Origin: Phoronis australis
Taxonomy: Eukaryota > Animalia > Phoronida
Length of the DNA: 64,000 bases
Reading direction: 5' to 3'
Assembly (NCBI GenBank): GCA_002633005.1
Contig: NMRA01000179.1
Span: 341,954-405,953 of the forward strand
Part shown: positions 1 to 12,908 of the stretch, one piece after another
Position numbering within the stretch: the stretch's first letter is position 1
How the letters are laid out: every line of letters begins with the position of its first letter
Notes under the pieces: generated by a model
Databases searched by the model: none
What the model was told of the DNA's origin: nothing
The model's input: only the letters and a program-made list of their open reading frames with translations
Translations under genes and position numbers: made by a program

Positions 1-373
1 AAACACGGTCACGGACGCATGAACACTACTCACGGACCTGCAAACACCGTCCACTGACTCACAAGCACGGGAACGGACTCACAAAACACAATCCATTCAC
101 CCAAATACACGGGACACTGACTCATATTCACGAGGAAACACGGCTAACGGACCACCAAACACGGGTCATGGACTCATCGGCTTCCTGGGTCAGCTGACAT
201 CAACATTTTGCCCGTAAACCGTTTTTGGCGGTCCGATAACCGTGTTTTTTCTTGAATGCGAGTCCGTGTCCCGTGTATTTGGATGAATGGAGTGAGTCCG
301 TTCCCGTGCTTGTGAGTCAGTGGACGGTGTTTGCAGGTCCGTGAGTAGTGATCATGCGTCCGTGACCGTGTTT
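1..373. repeat. Foldback inverted repeat (MITE-like), truncated by the window start
   Basis: 1-82 is the near-perfect reverse complement of 292-373 and 92-130 of 253-291; internal subrepeats (cacgg..aacggac..aaacacgg). Confidence 0.85.
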
Positions 374-2086
374 ATGAGTCCGTTAACCGTGTAGTTTAGG
401 TACCTTGGATGTCAAACAGGATCATTTCGTTTAAATCCTTTCTGTCACTAAATTTTGATTAATAAGATACACACATTTAGTTCAAATGCATACATGTACA
501 GTGCCACTTGATAACCAGCAATAAAATATTTTCTTGGTTTCAGTCTAATACGTCTTTCAGTGAAAACACTATGTCTTGCCCGTCTTCACGTGTCATGACA
601 ACAACCAGATGAACGCCGCGCCGGGACAAAGTCATGTTATTTACCCTGTAGTTTTAGTATTAGTTTCGCATTACTTTCGTACCAGTCTTACTCATGTGTG
701 CCATAAGTTCTTTAAGGCTGCCGTCTTCGGTTTCGGTCATGGTCCTGAACCATTCATGTCTTGTTTCCCGTTCACGTTCGAGGGCACGTCTAATTCAGAC
801 CCCGGACGCACCGCAATGTTGAGCAGCAGATTCCTGCCGTCGTTGGCTGTCGTCTTAGACCCGAAATCCTATTCTGCCCTATGGTGCGGTCCATTCTTAT
901 TCGCAGTTTCCTTTTTATGACACTGGCTTCAGTTTCACAGTTCATTGCTTGTACATTCAAATTTTTACTGAAGTGTCTGCCACGCCTTTCAAGGGATTTG
1001 TCATACTCTCTAAACAGCACGTCGAGTTTTACTGATTTATTGCAAATTTCTGAACCATGTTACAACGTACCCTCGCCACTCGCAACATCAAGATCAGTAA
1101 CGTGGGCGCAGTCGGAGCAGAACCATAAAATCTTGCTGATGTCTCAAACGACATGGCACGAACGACATTCAAAATTCCGCCTTGAGTTGAAAGTAATAGC
1201 TGACTTTCGAAATAGCTGCGCCATATTGAAACTCATTATCCCACCAGACGGCGATATCGTTCAGCGCCACCTAAGGACCCCAAGTAATGACGACAAGAGG
1301 TGAAGTATTCTGCCACATCACCGGTAATATCTTTAAATTTACACCGATTTCACGACTGTGAAACGTTTTCGGTTGATTTTCAGTTCTGTTTATATTTATG
1401 TATTGGCTAGCCAATGCATTATCTCAAATAGAGCTGAAGATCCATCAAAAACTTCAAGATAAAATAAAGATTCCAGTACAACGTTAGTGCTGAAGCCAAA
1501 ATGCTATAATTTCAGGTACTCCAAATCAGAAAAGAACGCGTTTGCGAGTACTCATACGTTCAGCGACGTAACAAAATCAGTAAACTGGGAACGATTTCAA
1601 CGAAATTTTTGTGAATCGGATATGAAAAGATCGACATATGCTGATCTAACCTCATGTTCTGTGCTCTGAGATCGTGCACTTTGCGCCCACTCTTTTCCTC
1701 ATCAGGCAAAGGAATTTCCTTGACTATGTTGACACTGAGTGGAGCTGACTAGGAACAGTGAGTCATTTCAAAAGAAGGTTCGGTGTCGGGGAGACAAATC
1801 CATGACTACACCATCTTCAACACTTTTCATACTGTGTAAGCTTTTGTGACGGAAGGTGGACTTTTCCGTTCAGTGTTGACAATTTGACTGAATAGCAAAC
1901 GAGTTTATACAGCGGTGACCAAAATCATGAGGAATGGTTGATACTACTTTGAAAAGTCCAAGGCAGCAATTAAATCACTTTGGGGTTTTGGGTCACCTTT
2001 TCTTTTGGGACTCAGACAACAAAACTCCAATATCGAGGCAAGTGTCAGTTTTTTACGAGACTGGAGTAACCCTTGGCAAAGCAGTT

Positions 2087-2290
2087 CTAGATTTCCCAAC
2101 AGTTGTATCGGAACAGGGTGGCACTCATTGCCAAAGTAACACGTACAATTCTTGTTTCTTCGAAAATGGAAGCTGCACCTGATTCCTTATCAGTTACAGA
2201 CGTCGTTGGAGCAGATGTCGATGAACATGGTGACTCCGTTGTTGGTGGGCGATCCGTCCATGAAGGAGGGCACAACTTGCTTCCGTCGAC
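2087..2290 (-). CDS. MOXD1: DBH-like monooxygenase, exon 11 (terminal; Ser/Thr-rich stalk and C-terminal tail)
   Basis: Acceptor ttttacag|GTC; VDGSKLCPPSW...TLFRYNCWEI*; phase 0 fits exon 10. Confidence 0.75.
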   Translation of the reverse strand, partial: VDGSKLCPPSWTDRPPTTESPCSSTSAPTTSVTDKESGAASIFEETRIVRVTLAMSATLFRYNCWEI

Positions 2291-2607
2291 CTGTAAAATC
2301 CAACATGACCTGCTTTACATCGTACACCTAAACATTTTTCGTAAAAGGCAGGGTTGAAAATTTAAGAACTTGCTTTTAATGGACGAGATCCAGGAATAAT
2401 TTACATGTAGAACGAAACTACACAGTGAATTTAATGAAATAGGCATTTGGTGGGAAAAAACAAACCACTTTGGAATTTAAGTATGAAAAATATGCAAATG
2501 ACGCAAGGTGTCAACAGTTACTTCTGACTTTCACATCATTGTTGCTTTGAAACATGAGTATCACGAGTTCAAAAAGCACTGCAGTTATCTTTGGTAATAG
2601 GGCTTAC

Positions 2608-2785
2608 GTCCACATAGCTATCAGTGCCTCCTCTGTAACAGCTTATCTTTACTTTATCGTTCTTTACACTTCTCTGCAAGGACTGGACATTAGTGTTATT
2701 CGTCCAGTCAGTCATGGCTAATATTTCCAGCCACGACTTATCCTTAAAACGTGACGGTGTAAGTCCAACGTAATATGGGGAGCGT
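2608..2785 (-). CDS. MOXD1: DBH-like monooxygenase, exon 10
   Basis: ttccag|A...GAC|gtaagc; RSPYYVGLTPSRFKDKSWLEILAMTDWTNNTNVQSLQ...CYRGG; phase 2 matches exon 9. Confidence 0.8.
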
Positions 2786-2837
2786 CTGGAAGAGAAATAA
2801 GACCACCAGTTACACTGCAGTGAGGTGAAAGTGTCCG

Positions 2838-2891
2838 TGATGACGACGATGATGATAATGATGGTGATGATGATGATGATGATGATGATGA
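2838..2891. repeat. (GAT)n microsatellite
   Basis: Run of gat triplets with a few variants; produces spurious poly-His/poly-Ser ORFs. Confidence 0.95.
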
Positions 2892-3919
2892 GACGAACAT
2901 ATCAGGGTTAGTAGTGATAGTGTAGCCAAAAACGATATTAAAGACGCCGTGATTGTTGCAACATTGGTGTCAATAAGAGCTGAAATACGACATTTTGGTG
3001 AGTTGTGCAATTTGAGGATCATCATCGTAGACTCGATTACTGAGCACACAGGCGCGCAAGGAATGCACACTGAATTCCTGCCTTCCACTATAACTGCGAT
3101 TCCTATTTGTGCTTGAGGACGACAGTGCATGGATTGTAAAAACTCTGGGACTTGAGCCCCGGTAAAGAGAGAAATGTTGACGACTTAACGTTTTCATTAC
3201 GTGTCCCTTGACGTACGTATGGACTGAGATCGAGCGTGCGCTCCGCAGACCTAGTTTCTTACATGCAATTTAACTCCTGCAGAGAAACCAAGGAGAACTT
3301 TCCCAATGTGATCGAACCAAAAGGTTAAAAAAAAAAACGTCTGTGTCTTAACAGGTTGGGCATAAGACACGTCAACCAAATTTGGATGGGTCACGGTAAC
3401 CAAGACCGACACAGACACTTCGCAGGGCATATGGGAAGCCCCAGTGTCCCATTTATGGTTCTGAAGTCGAAACGAATAGTCTTGCCCAGCTCTTCTAGGC
3501 TAGGAGCAAACTACTGGATGACACTGTTACATGCCTACAACGTATAGTGCATGGCAACAAATGGAAAAATATGCCCGTTTTCTTAAAGGAGACAGAAAAA
3601 CTTGAAAGCCTCTATTACAAAGAATCTTTTAGTCGATAACAGGGCAGTCGTGTTTTAGCTCAGGTGTTTGGCCCAACCATGAGGCCTGCGAACGTCTGAT
3701 GGGCCGTAAATGACATTAGACCACCTACATTCTTTTTTCTTGTGAGCAAAGCAAGAAATCACAAGCAAAGCATGTGGTCACAAATTTTCTAACTGCGAAT
3801 TACGCGTCTACAAAGCTCTTCTCTGATTTCAGACAGTTATGCTCTTGAACTTAACGTTTAATATTACTTCACATATTGAACATTTGTCAATATTTTGTCG
3901 ATGGGCTGCAGGTACATAC

Positions 3920-4062
3920 GAAATTTCTTTGATTTTAGTCACCCCAACGGACTTCATAACACTCTCTCTCGTCGGTGAGCTAAGGCAGTTGTCCAGGTTG
4001 TCAATTTTCGGGTAGTAGTGGATGTACGCAAGACATTCTTCGTTTTGGTCGCCACGTCCACT
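3920..4062 (-). CDS. MOXD1: DBH-like monooxygenase, exon 9
   Basis: SGRGDQNEECLAYIHYYPKIDNLDNCLSSP aligns to MOXD1 GGLSTRSEMCLSYLLYYPRINLTRCAS; ag/gt borders. Confidence 0.9.
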
Positions 4063-4745
4063 CTTAAATAGGGAAAAAGTTATAGTTTCATAATGTGACT
4101 GTCATCTTTCATATCTAACACTGCTCGTGAAACGTCAGCGATACCCATTGTGCTATACACACTAAACACATGCATTTTATAAAACAAGGGATAGCATCCA
4201 GTCTTTGAAATGTTTTTGTTTCTGTGGAACATATTTCTGTTCAACTTTCCAGAAGTCACCTAATTTGTCATAGCAAAACTGCAGAATAAGACATAGGCAC
4301 CCTGACTAACGCATATGAGCATCAATTTTACATAACTAGCTTAAATCGCCTACAAAACACATTACAAAGGGACATTATTTGTTTATCGTTCAATAGTTTT
4401 TGGACAGTGTCGAGTGTATGTGACAGGATGCACTCAGTACTGGTGAAGAACTCACTGCTCAAAATGGATAGCCGTTTGAGATCTAACTCGAACACAAAAA
4501 GTAGGGTATAATTCATTAGCTGGTTTTATCAAATCACTACACCGTAGACTGGTCCTCCTTGGTTATTTTGCAGTTAATTGTTAGTCGTTCTATAAAAGTT
4601 GCTTGGAATTAGACAATATCTAGAGCTTAGGATAAACGAAGTAAGTTCCAGACACCTGATTTACTAGAAAGTATATTACATTTCAATGACAGCAATTGCA
4701 CAGCAAAATGTCTCATTTGTCTTCGTAGCATCCTAGATACATTAC

Positions 4746-4805
4746 CAAGGTGACTTTTGTCTTGGTGGTTGTTGAGTACGAGCATTCAAGGACCAGATCG
4801 TCTGT
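4746..4805 (-). CDS. MOXD1: DBH-like monooxygenase, exon 8
   Basis: TDDLVLECSYSTTTKTKVTL aligns to GDNLITECRYNTKDRAEMTW; tttcag and gtaatg borders. Confidence 0.88.
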
Positions 4806-5270
4806 CTGAAAGAAAGGTACGCTAGCATAAGCTTTGCGTATCATTCCGCCTACGTGTATGTTTCAGCGCTGCCACGACCCCTGTATTCAACTCATGCATG
4901 TAGGCCTACACCTGTAACTTACGCGGACATTAGAAAATATGTGAACCAGTAAATATAATCAACACAGCGTGTAATGAAATCAATCTATGATCAAAAGGAT
5001 TCCACTCCTCAATTTACTTAAATTGGCTTCCTAATAAACCGTGTAAATTTCAATTTTTATCAGAGGTGCCTCTGTTTTGGCAGCTCTAATGGGATTCCCG
5101 ATTTGGTGACCTCATATTTTGGCAGATTTGTAGGTAAAAACCAAAAAACACGTGGTAACAATTAAGACATTAAAGATATATTGAAATTGCCTCGAAACCA
5201 GTTTTAGTTTGTTGGGATTGACATATCCATATACAGTTTAGGGTGTCCACAAAAGGTTTGCTAAACTTAC

Positions 5271-5450
5271 CGGCAGTACATTTACTTCACTGATGTAGCG
5301 AGTGGTTGGAAATCGGTAGTCGTAGAAGTTATCCGCCGATATGACTGGTTGTTCAGCTCCTTCACGAATATGACGCAATCTTACACTTTTTGCTAAAGAA
5401 TGTGCGTTAAATGCAACTGCAATGAGTTTGATTCCCCCATCTGGAACACC
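5271..5450 (-). CDS. MOXD1: DBH-like monooxygenase, exon 7 (Cu monooxygenase C-terminal domain)
   Basis: GIKLIAVAFNAHSLAKSVRLRHIREGAEQPVISADNFYDYRF aligns to GIHVFAVLLHAHLAGRGIRLRHFRKG...DFDFNFQ; tacag and gtaagt borders. Confidence 0.92.
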
Positions 5451-5838
5451 CTGTAAAGACACTGGAGTTGTATTAGACCAACAACTCGCCTTCAATATTT
5501 ACAAGTAGCTAAGCGGCACAAAAAATGTTCATTCAGACGCCGTAAGTCCACAGTGAGTAAGCTATTTTGTATAACTGAAATTAATGATTGCAAATGGCCA
5601 GTAGCTTCATCATCTATTTCATACTTTACGCATCAACTGTAGACATAATCCATGCCACTGTAATGTGGCAGTGAACGCCTGTAGGTCTTCTTGGCTCACA
5701 TTTGAAACTTTTGTTGGATACCTAGCAAATGACAGAATCACGAGAACAACTGACCTATCTACAAGAAGACCCAGCGTTCCGAGTACAGAGCACTCTTCAA
5801 ACTATCAGCTGACTTAGCGCCTGAAGCTGTTCAGTTAC

Positions 5839-6120
5839 CTGGGAGAGGCACTGCCGCACACAGTAACCAAAGTTTGAGAATGAAGCAACACCCGGTGGAA
5901 GTATTTGCGTTTCTTTCTGGTTCGATGAGTATTCGTGTCCGACTTTAAGCAAACCGGCATCAAAGCGACGTAACGATGATGTAATGGTCAGCTTGAGACC
6001 AGAAGAATCTTGAGCATTGTTGTGTCGTTTTTGATTGTGGAAATGTTTCTCAAAAATAATAAATTTTGGCGACTTGTTTCCACCAAGAGGGAAACCGGTG
6101 TTCTCAGGATAGACGTAATG
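5839..6120 (-). CDS. MOXD1: DBH-like monooxygenase, exon 6
   Basis: HYVYPENTGFPLGG...FEKHFHN...DSSGLKL...RRFDAGLLKVG...ILPPG...GYCVRQC; 282 nt, phase 0/0. Confidence 0.92.
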
Positions 6121-7948
6121 CTGGAATAGAAGAACAAAAAAAATAACTACAACGTAATTGAAAAGAAATAAAAATCAGTGTTCAAGCACAACAATGTGTC
6201 CATGCCAGTTGATTCTCAGTGTTATGACCACACAAAATGGGTCCAGGGAGATCAAAGCATCTCTCCCGTGGAACTAAATCGGCAAATTTTATCTACCATA
6301 AAAATTATTCAGTAGCCATAGGATGGTAGTATTTCAAATTCTCTGTGTAACAGTCGCCGGTTCGTAAACATCGTCTGGCTCATTGGCTGGCATTCGTGTT
6401 ATTACTAATTATTTGGTGACGTAATAGCGGGCCAAATTTAAGAGTACAAGATGGTAGACGATTTGATTCGTCGATAACAGGGAAGGGTAAACAGAGATGA
6501 TTAGGTTGTTTATGGTTCGCTAAATGTATTAAGGGAATTTGATTTGGTCTGTACTAGCACACTCATCAAGCAGTAATAATCACTCCAGTTTTCTGATTTA
6601 TGACCATTCCGCATGTTTGTGAAAACAATTTCAGAGGACCCCCAGCCCAGTTACAGCTATATATATCTCCGTATCGGCTCATGAAAACAGGGACCTTCGG
6701 CAAGTCCTTTGTGCGGAAAATTATCGAGGCAGGCACCGTCAAAACATGATGCATTAACTAATGTACTTGAGCACAGAACACAATAAGCGCAGAATTCGCA
6801 AAAATGTAGAACGGAAAATGACAAAAATAATTTCGAGGTCGATTTCGAGTAGGGAGATTAGAATACCCTCTTGGCTGCCGCAAAAAATAAAACAGCAAGA
6901 GCGTAGGGAAATGTTTAGTTTATTGATGAACCCCGGCAATTAACATTATACGGCTGAAACAACATTTAAATGTGCGCAAATTTAGAATGTTTGCGGGGGG
7001 GGGCGGGGCTCAAGTGTCAAATTCGGAACACGGCGCAAACATAACGGAACTCTGGCTAAGTATAGGCTCTCCCGCTATACCCCCAGACTACCTGCAGTGA
7101 CGCTGCGCACTATGACTCCGTTTCTGTCGTCTGCTTCACTGTGCAATGAAGAAAACTACTTCATTTTTTTAAAGAAAATGGAATCTGAGTGACGATGAAA
7201 AGACAGAAGCTGCTGGTAAGATGTGAATTTTAATCGAAGCCTTAGTGAATCACTCAGAAACTCATAATTCTCTCTTTGTCAAACCTTAACTTAAGACGAT
7301 TTCCAAAGCAATCGCGTCATTAATACAAACACAAAAAACGGCTTTGGTCTTATGGGCAATTGAAGACTATTTTAAATACAATAAATTTGTTACGAAATGA
7401 TTGCAAAAATGTAAAAAAATGTAAGAAGCATTACAAAAAGAAGTAGGTTTCGCGCTCTCTATCCGCCAGGTCGTGAGTTCGAGTCTGTGGTAATTGCAAT
7501 TTTTCAAGTTTGACACGTTCTCCGTGTTTGTTTCTTGGATAATACTTCAGGAATCAAGGAAATGCTGGATTTTTAGAGGAAAAGTCAGAAAAAATTTCCT
7601 GGGCGGGAGGGGGACAAACCCCCCTCCCGACTTCCCCCCATTCGGTGCTATGCGCATCTACAATTGTGCTTTGCGCAAATATTTACAGACAAAATGTTGC
7701 CCCCTTGTGATATCCTAGATCCGCCACTGATTAGAAACCGGCCCCAGGTTTGCGTTACGTAGACCACAGAAGCACGAGAAAACGTAAATTCGCTACAGAT
7801 TCGGATGCTTTGCAACAATCCCAGTTACTTCTCGTTACTTTTCAATAGCAGACACCAGTTCGCCTATTTCATTTTTTGTAGAAATGAAACATCGTTTTAA
7901 TATCAACCATAGTGATGAAATAAATAGCTTCTATTTCCTGACACTTAC

Positions 7949-8122
7949 ACTAGTACCGACATTCCAAAGGAAGAGCACGTCGACGCACGGAGGCACACCA
8001 TTCAGAGGGGACAGGCAGTCGTATTTCTGTTTCAGCAGCCGTCTAGGTATATCGTCCGTGCATGCGTACACAATCACGTGGCGCAGAAGTCCTCTATCAG
8101 TTTCGTTAACATGAGGTTCAAT
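7949..8122 (-). CDS. MOXD1: DBH-like monooxygenase, exon 5 (Cu monooxygenase N-terminal domain)
   Basis: IEPHVNETDRGLLRHVIVYAC...CVDVLFLWNVG aligns to VEPVIQRGHESLVHHILLYQC...CETVIFAWAIG. Confidence 0.9.
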
Positions 8123-8678
8123 CTGAAATATAGGTCTATTTAAAATTCTTAATAATTTCCTGTTGCCTGACAGAAGGCGAGATCCACCGATCCTCATCTA
8201 CTCTACTCTCTCGCTGTTGCCTACCACAGTACTAAAATGCGTCGATTCCGTAATTCGTATTCGCCCATCAGTCAGAAGATCGTTGTTCTTGGCCACCCGC
8301 CTAGGTTACACAATGGCCTTCACACTTTCACAAAAATTCGCCGCCTCAAAATACTGAAATCTGCCGTTTAAAAGAACGCCACTGAAAGTCCTCAAGAAGC
8401 AAACCACTTCTAGTAATTGTCACCTATACACGTCCCATGACCCCCTGGCGTATACAAATTGTCCCATTCGTCAATCCTTGTCAATGAGATGTTCAACAAG
8501 CTTCTGTTACCAAATCCCTTACAGGCATAGTTCGAGACAACGATGCAATTTGCTATGGGCTCGTGAACAAACTCGACACCAGCGTCTGAACTCGGGATAT
8601 ACATGTAGATCGGTAGCCCAAAGCACTTAGCATGCCAAAGCTGATTTAAAACGAACAACCGTGGCTCACTGACCCATA

Positions 8679-9712
8679 CCAGACAAATTACGCTCCTGAA
8701 AGGGTCCGCCAGAAACCTTAAAATGGCCTCCCAAAAATGAGCTAGCTCATACATTCGAGGCACCACAAAAAGCCGATTGCATGTGAGTCAATACATGTCA
8801 CTGATCATTAAATTTGCGATGACAGACAAATTACACTCTGTGTTGTGACGGCCAGAAACCCAGAAAATTCTTAAAAACGTCAAATCAATGACAATTTGAG
8901 CTAGATCAGATATTCTCTAGGTAACGGTCAAAACTAAGTTACAACGAACAATATTGTGCCGCACAAACCCTGAATTACCAAGACAGACAAATTGCACTCT
9001 GTATGGATCGGCCAGAAACCCAAAAAGGACCTAGTTCTTTACAGCGTCCTGTCCTTCAGTAACTTTTCCAGACGTGAGGGGTGCTGAACGTGCGATAACT
9101 TCTGGCTTAATTAAACTTTCATTTTTATCAGCCCACCCCAGTCAGGCTAGATACGATCTGATCGGAGATTAGAGCAATTATCAAGCAAAATAGCGCAGGC
9201 CCTCCAATCGTCAACGCCAGAATGGAGTTAATTGGCTACGGGGGTAAACTTATCAACTTATTGTTGGGCTATACAATCGAGCAAGTTGGGAGCAACGAGA
9301 TGTCGCCGTCATGTCATACACTCCAGATACCACAAAACACATACATTATTTTTGAAATACATGCCACTGATCACTTAATTGCCTATGACAGACAAATTAC
9401 ACTCTGGGCTGTGCCCGCCATAAACCCACAAAAATCTCAACCACCGTATGCCCATGAAAATTTGAGCTAGATTATATATTTGAGGTGTGGGTCAGCACTA
9501 ATTTAAAACGAATAATACTACAGTACTGAACACCAAATGACCCGACAGACAAATTTTACCCTGGAAAGAGTCCGCTAGAAACCCAAACAGAACCCCCAAA
9601 ATCAGCTAGTTCACACATCCGTGTGATTCAATATATGCCACTGCCCACGAAATGGCCTATGACAGACATTATACTTTTTGGGCTGTGTCCGGGAAAAACT
9701 CCCAAAAATCTC
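8679..9712. repeat. Degenerate satellite-like array in MOXD1 intron 4
   Basis: Motif gacagacaaattacactctg...gccagaaacccaaaa recurs at ~8679, 8821, 8982, 9387, 9544, 9661. Confidence 0.75.
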
Positions 9713-11308
9713 AAACACGGCCTGCTAATGGAAGGCCTCTCCTACCTTAGATATCCGAGATCCCTTTTAAAACTGACTTCAGTATCTTAGAAGCAAAAAT
9801 CTCCATATGAAAGCTTTTGTGATCATGTGCTTCGCTTACAGTACATGCATGGCGACATCTCAGTCTTTCGTTTTGTTGCACTTCCGTAATGTTGCACTTC
9901 CGTAATATTTTCGCGTATACAAGACAGTGTATTGTGTTTGCCTAATAGTATACTGAACACGTACATGTAACATATGGCCGAGGACAGAAAGGAAGCATCT
10001 TAGAAAACGTGTGGTAAGCATCAAACTTTCGGATACCAGAGACTGTCAAAAAGTTAGCCTATAGTATAACGACCTATCAAAACTGTTACCTGGAATGATA
10101 TTTCAACGACAAACATAGCTCCTAAATTCGTTTTAGGTTGAGAAATAATAAAAATAATCTCCAGTGATTTCTTTTATTCCATGGACTACTGGTCAACGTT
10201 TTTACAGAAAAACAGAAACGTGTTTTTAAACACTTTAGACGCTCCTAAAATAATCCCCAACACGGAAAATTTAGAGGTCGGCATGGTCGCGCAGTAATGA
10301 AGCGAACTCAATTGACAGCATGGGAGATAACCAGTGTTTTTCTCTCACGATGTGGTCCATCTAGGTCTTTCTGTCATTCAGGTAGTAGGAAGGTCGCTTA
10401 ACTCTAGTTCTGCAACATGAGACCAAGGCTTTAATGAATGGAAGTTATCGAACATTATTTGGGTTTCGATCAACCCCACGGTCACACCCAGAATGCAGAC
10501 AATGACAGACACCCATTTCTGTACATACTGAGGTGGACTCTAAGCTTCACGGGGTTTAGATGTAGGTACCTAGTTCAAGTGCTGTGGCTGCCGGTCTAAT
10601 ACATTGTATGCCAGCCACGACGAGACGAGGCAGCAGACAGGGGACCTGTCGAGAATCTGAATAGCTCATGAAAACGGCAGAATTGTTGGTATTAACTGCG
10701 ACCAGATTACAAGACATCTAATCCATTTCGCAGTGAAAAGTATAAGCTCTATCTTTTGCTTCATGGTACTCTGATTTTACGTAGTATATTTCGACCAATA
10801 AATGCTCGTAACTCGAGATCTGCTAATTAACAAGTCGTCAGATAGTGTTTGTAGGTGTTCTAATTTGACAGCAGTTCGACTGGTGTGGTTCTTTTTGTTG
10901 TTTTGACATGAAATTGAAGATTTAAAGGACTTTAATACTAGTTCCAAAGTCTTCAGATTTTCGAACAGGGACACCAAACACATCTATTAGGTTTCGTGAA
11001 TGCGAAAAGCACTTATTGGCTTTGGAAAACGTTCTCGTCCTTTATTGGCGCTCTAGTGGACAGAAGGCACATTTGAAAGTCAACCCAATGCACATATAGC
11101 CGCGACGGTTGCTTTAATCTCGAGCACTTGTAAACTGTGGTGGAAGTGGAGACAGCATCACGCAAAGCAAAGAACTCCTCTCTGCATGGTTGCTCCTGTT
11201 GCAAGCAAACCTTCTTAGGTTAGACCAGCGAGAGAAGCGACCACACTACAATTAAGCTTAACTCATTCCAGGAGTAATTTGTGCTAGGGCAACTGGTAGT
11301 GTGGACAG

Positions 11309-11356
11309 CTCGCTGGTTCCCTGCGTGCTGGGCTAAGCACGCAGGGAACCAGCGAG
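11309..11356. mobile_element. 48-bp hairpin micro-element with 10-bp flanking direct repeat
   Basis: Perfect 21-bp arms ctcgctggttccctgcgtgct / agcacgcagggaaccagcgag, 6-nt loop; gtgtggacag at 11299-11308 and 11357-11366. Confidence 0.8.
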
Positions 11357-12237
11357 GTGTGGACAGTACTTTGGAGCCATGATAATTAAATGACCTGTGA
11401 GTCGTGATGCTGTATGAAAGACCACGGGAACGCTAAACAGTGGACCAGATTAGTGTCTGAATTTAGCCTCAACTTGGAAACCGCTGTTGTCTGAAGTTGA
11501 AACCAAACGGAAAGATTTTGTATTGACGTCTGGACTATTTTCCTCTGTTTATGATCAGATAATGTCACGCTTGATAATGCAAGCGAGCCATTTAGCATGC
11601 ATGTTGACTCTAAGTCTTTGTATAAGAGCAAGGTCTGCGAGACCGTACACCATCGCTTTAGGGCCGAAAATATATTTTCGGGATTGTTGTTGGATAAGAT
11701 ATACATCTTAAAGCCCTCTACAGAACAGTAAAATGTGTTGTTTTGTTATTTGATTATATTAACCGCTGCAACGCCCAGTCATTCGGTAGAATTAACTAAA
11801 CTCGATGCAGGTGATCATATCAACTAAATAAGATTAACATAGCTATGGACCGCCATTCGTCTGAGAAAAAAAAAACAAGAGAAACAAACTGCGATTTAGA
11901 CCACTCATCGCTGAAAATTTGGCCCCAAATTCTTCCCTTCTCAGATGACAACTGGTTTCTGGACTTGCACAGCAACTGACAATTTGTTAATCCTCGAGAC
12001 ATTGTTGGCCTCATTAAATTACGCCGTGACAACCCAAAGTGTAGAGCCTTGTCTAAAGCACAAACGTGTCGTCAATTCCTTTGAAATCATTCCTCCAATT
12101 TGTTTCAAGAACAATTTGAGACCAAATTCATAACGGCAAGTAATCTAAATCAAACATTTTTTTGCGATGAAGACAAGTTTATAGCCTGGCTGGAAACGAC
12201 TGGAACCAGTTGGAATGTTCTTTGTCAGCATGTTTAC

Positions 12238-12321
12238 CTTGACAACATGATGCCTTGAATTAAGCTTCGGGAGTTCCATTGCCATGCACTGGTAAGAAGA
12301 CGCGACGCTGGGAACGGGTAC
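12238..12321 (-). CDS. MOXD1: DBH-like monooxygenase, exon 4
   Basis: VPVPSVASSYQCMAMELPKLNSRHHVVK aligns to VPIPNKDTTYWCQMFKIPVFQEKHHVIK; ctcag and gtaaac borders. Confidence 0.9.
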
Positions 12322-12734
12322 CTGAGTGAAAAAATTCTAAAGTTTACAAACAAGACACAGATCGAGTTCTTAAACGAAACATAGCGGCGGACTGAGAAGT
12401 GGATGTCCAACAAATAAACTTTAAAGCACCTGTCAGGGATGGCCGATGCAGTAGGTCTCATTTAGATAGATAACAACTCGTACTCAGTAGGTAATTTGCA
12501 GTATGAGTTACTTTTTCCGGATGGTATTCACATGAGTTATATGAAGATATTTACCTCAAAAGAAGAAACAAGTCTTTGCAATAGGTTATTAGGTCGCTTA
12601 TGCCAGACTCTCAAGGCGTGCCTCTTTGAGAATAAATATGATTCACGAAACGATGCTTAAAAATCAAGACTGTATGGATACCCTTTACATCATTGGTTCG
12701 AACTGCCCAAATAATTGACCAAATCACAACATAC

Positions 12735-12908
12735 TGAATTTTGCAATGTGATAAGTCTGACATTGCTTGGAAACGGAGGAGGTGAGGGACTGTTGTTGAG
12801 AAGGTGAACCGCTCTAGATCCTCGGAAGTTCTGGTGGTAGCTTGGTGTTGCCGCACAATCCGAAGGTTCAGTGTTGTGGTACCCATATATTACTTGAATC
12901 GTGTCGTC
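12735..12908 (-). CDS. MOXD1: DBH-like monooxygenase, exon 3 (end of DOMON)
   Basis: DDTIQVIYGYHNTEP...YHQNFRGSRAVHLLN aligns to DSTVRVIWAYHHED...YHDSNRGTKSLRLLN. Confidence 0.9.

Noticed and set aside
2718-3130. Poly-His and poly-Ser ORFs
   Set aside because: Artefacts of the (GAT)n microsatellite in MOXD1 intron 9.
3340-3540. Candidate additional MOXD1 exon
   Set aside because: No phase-compatible acceptor/donor pair with family similarity; exon 9 joins exon 10 cleanly.
11013-11204. STSTTVYKCSRLKQP as a candidate MOXD1 exon 4
   Set aside because: The exon at 12238-12321 matches better and has proper splice sites and phase.
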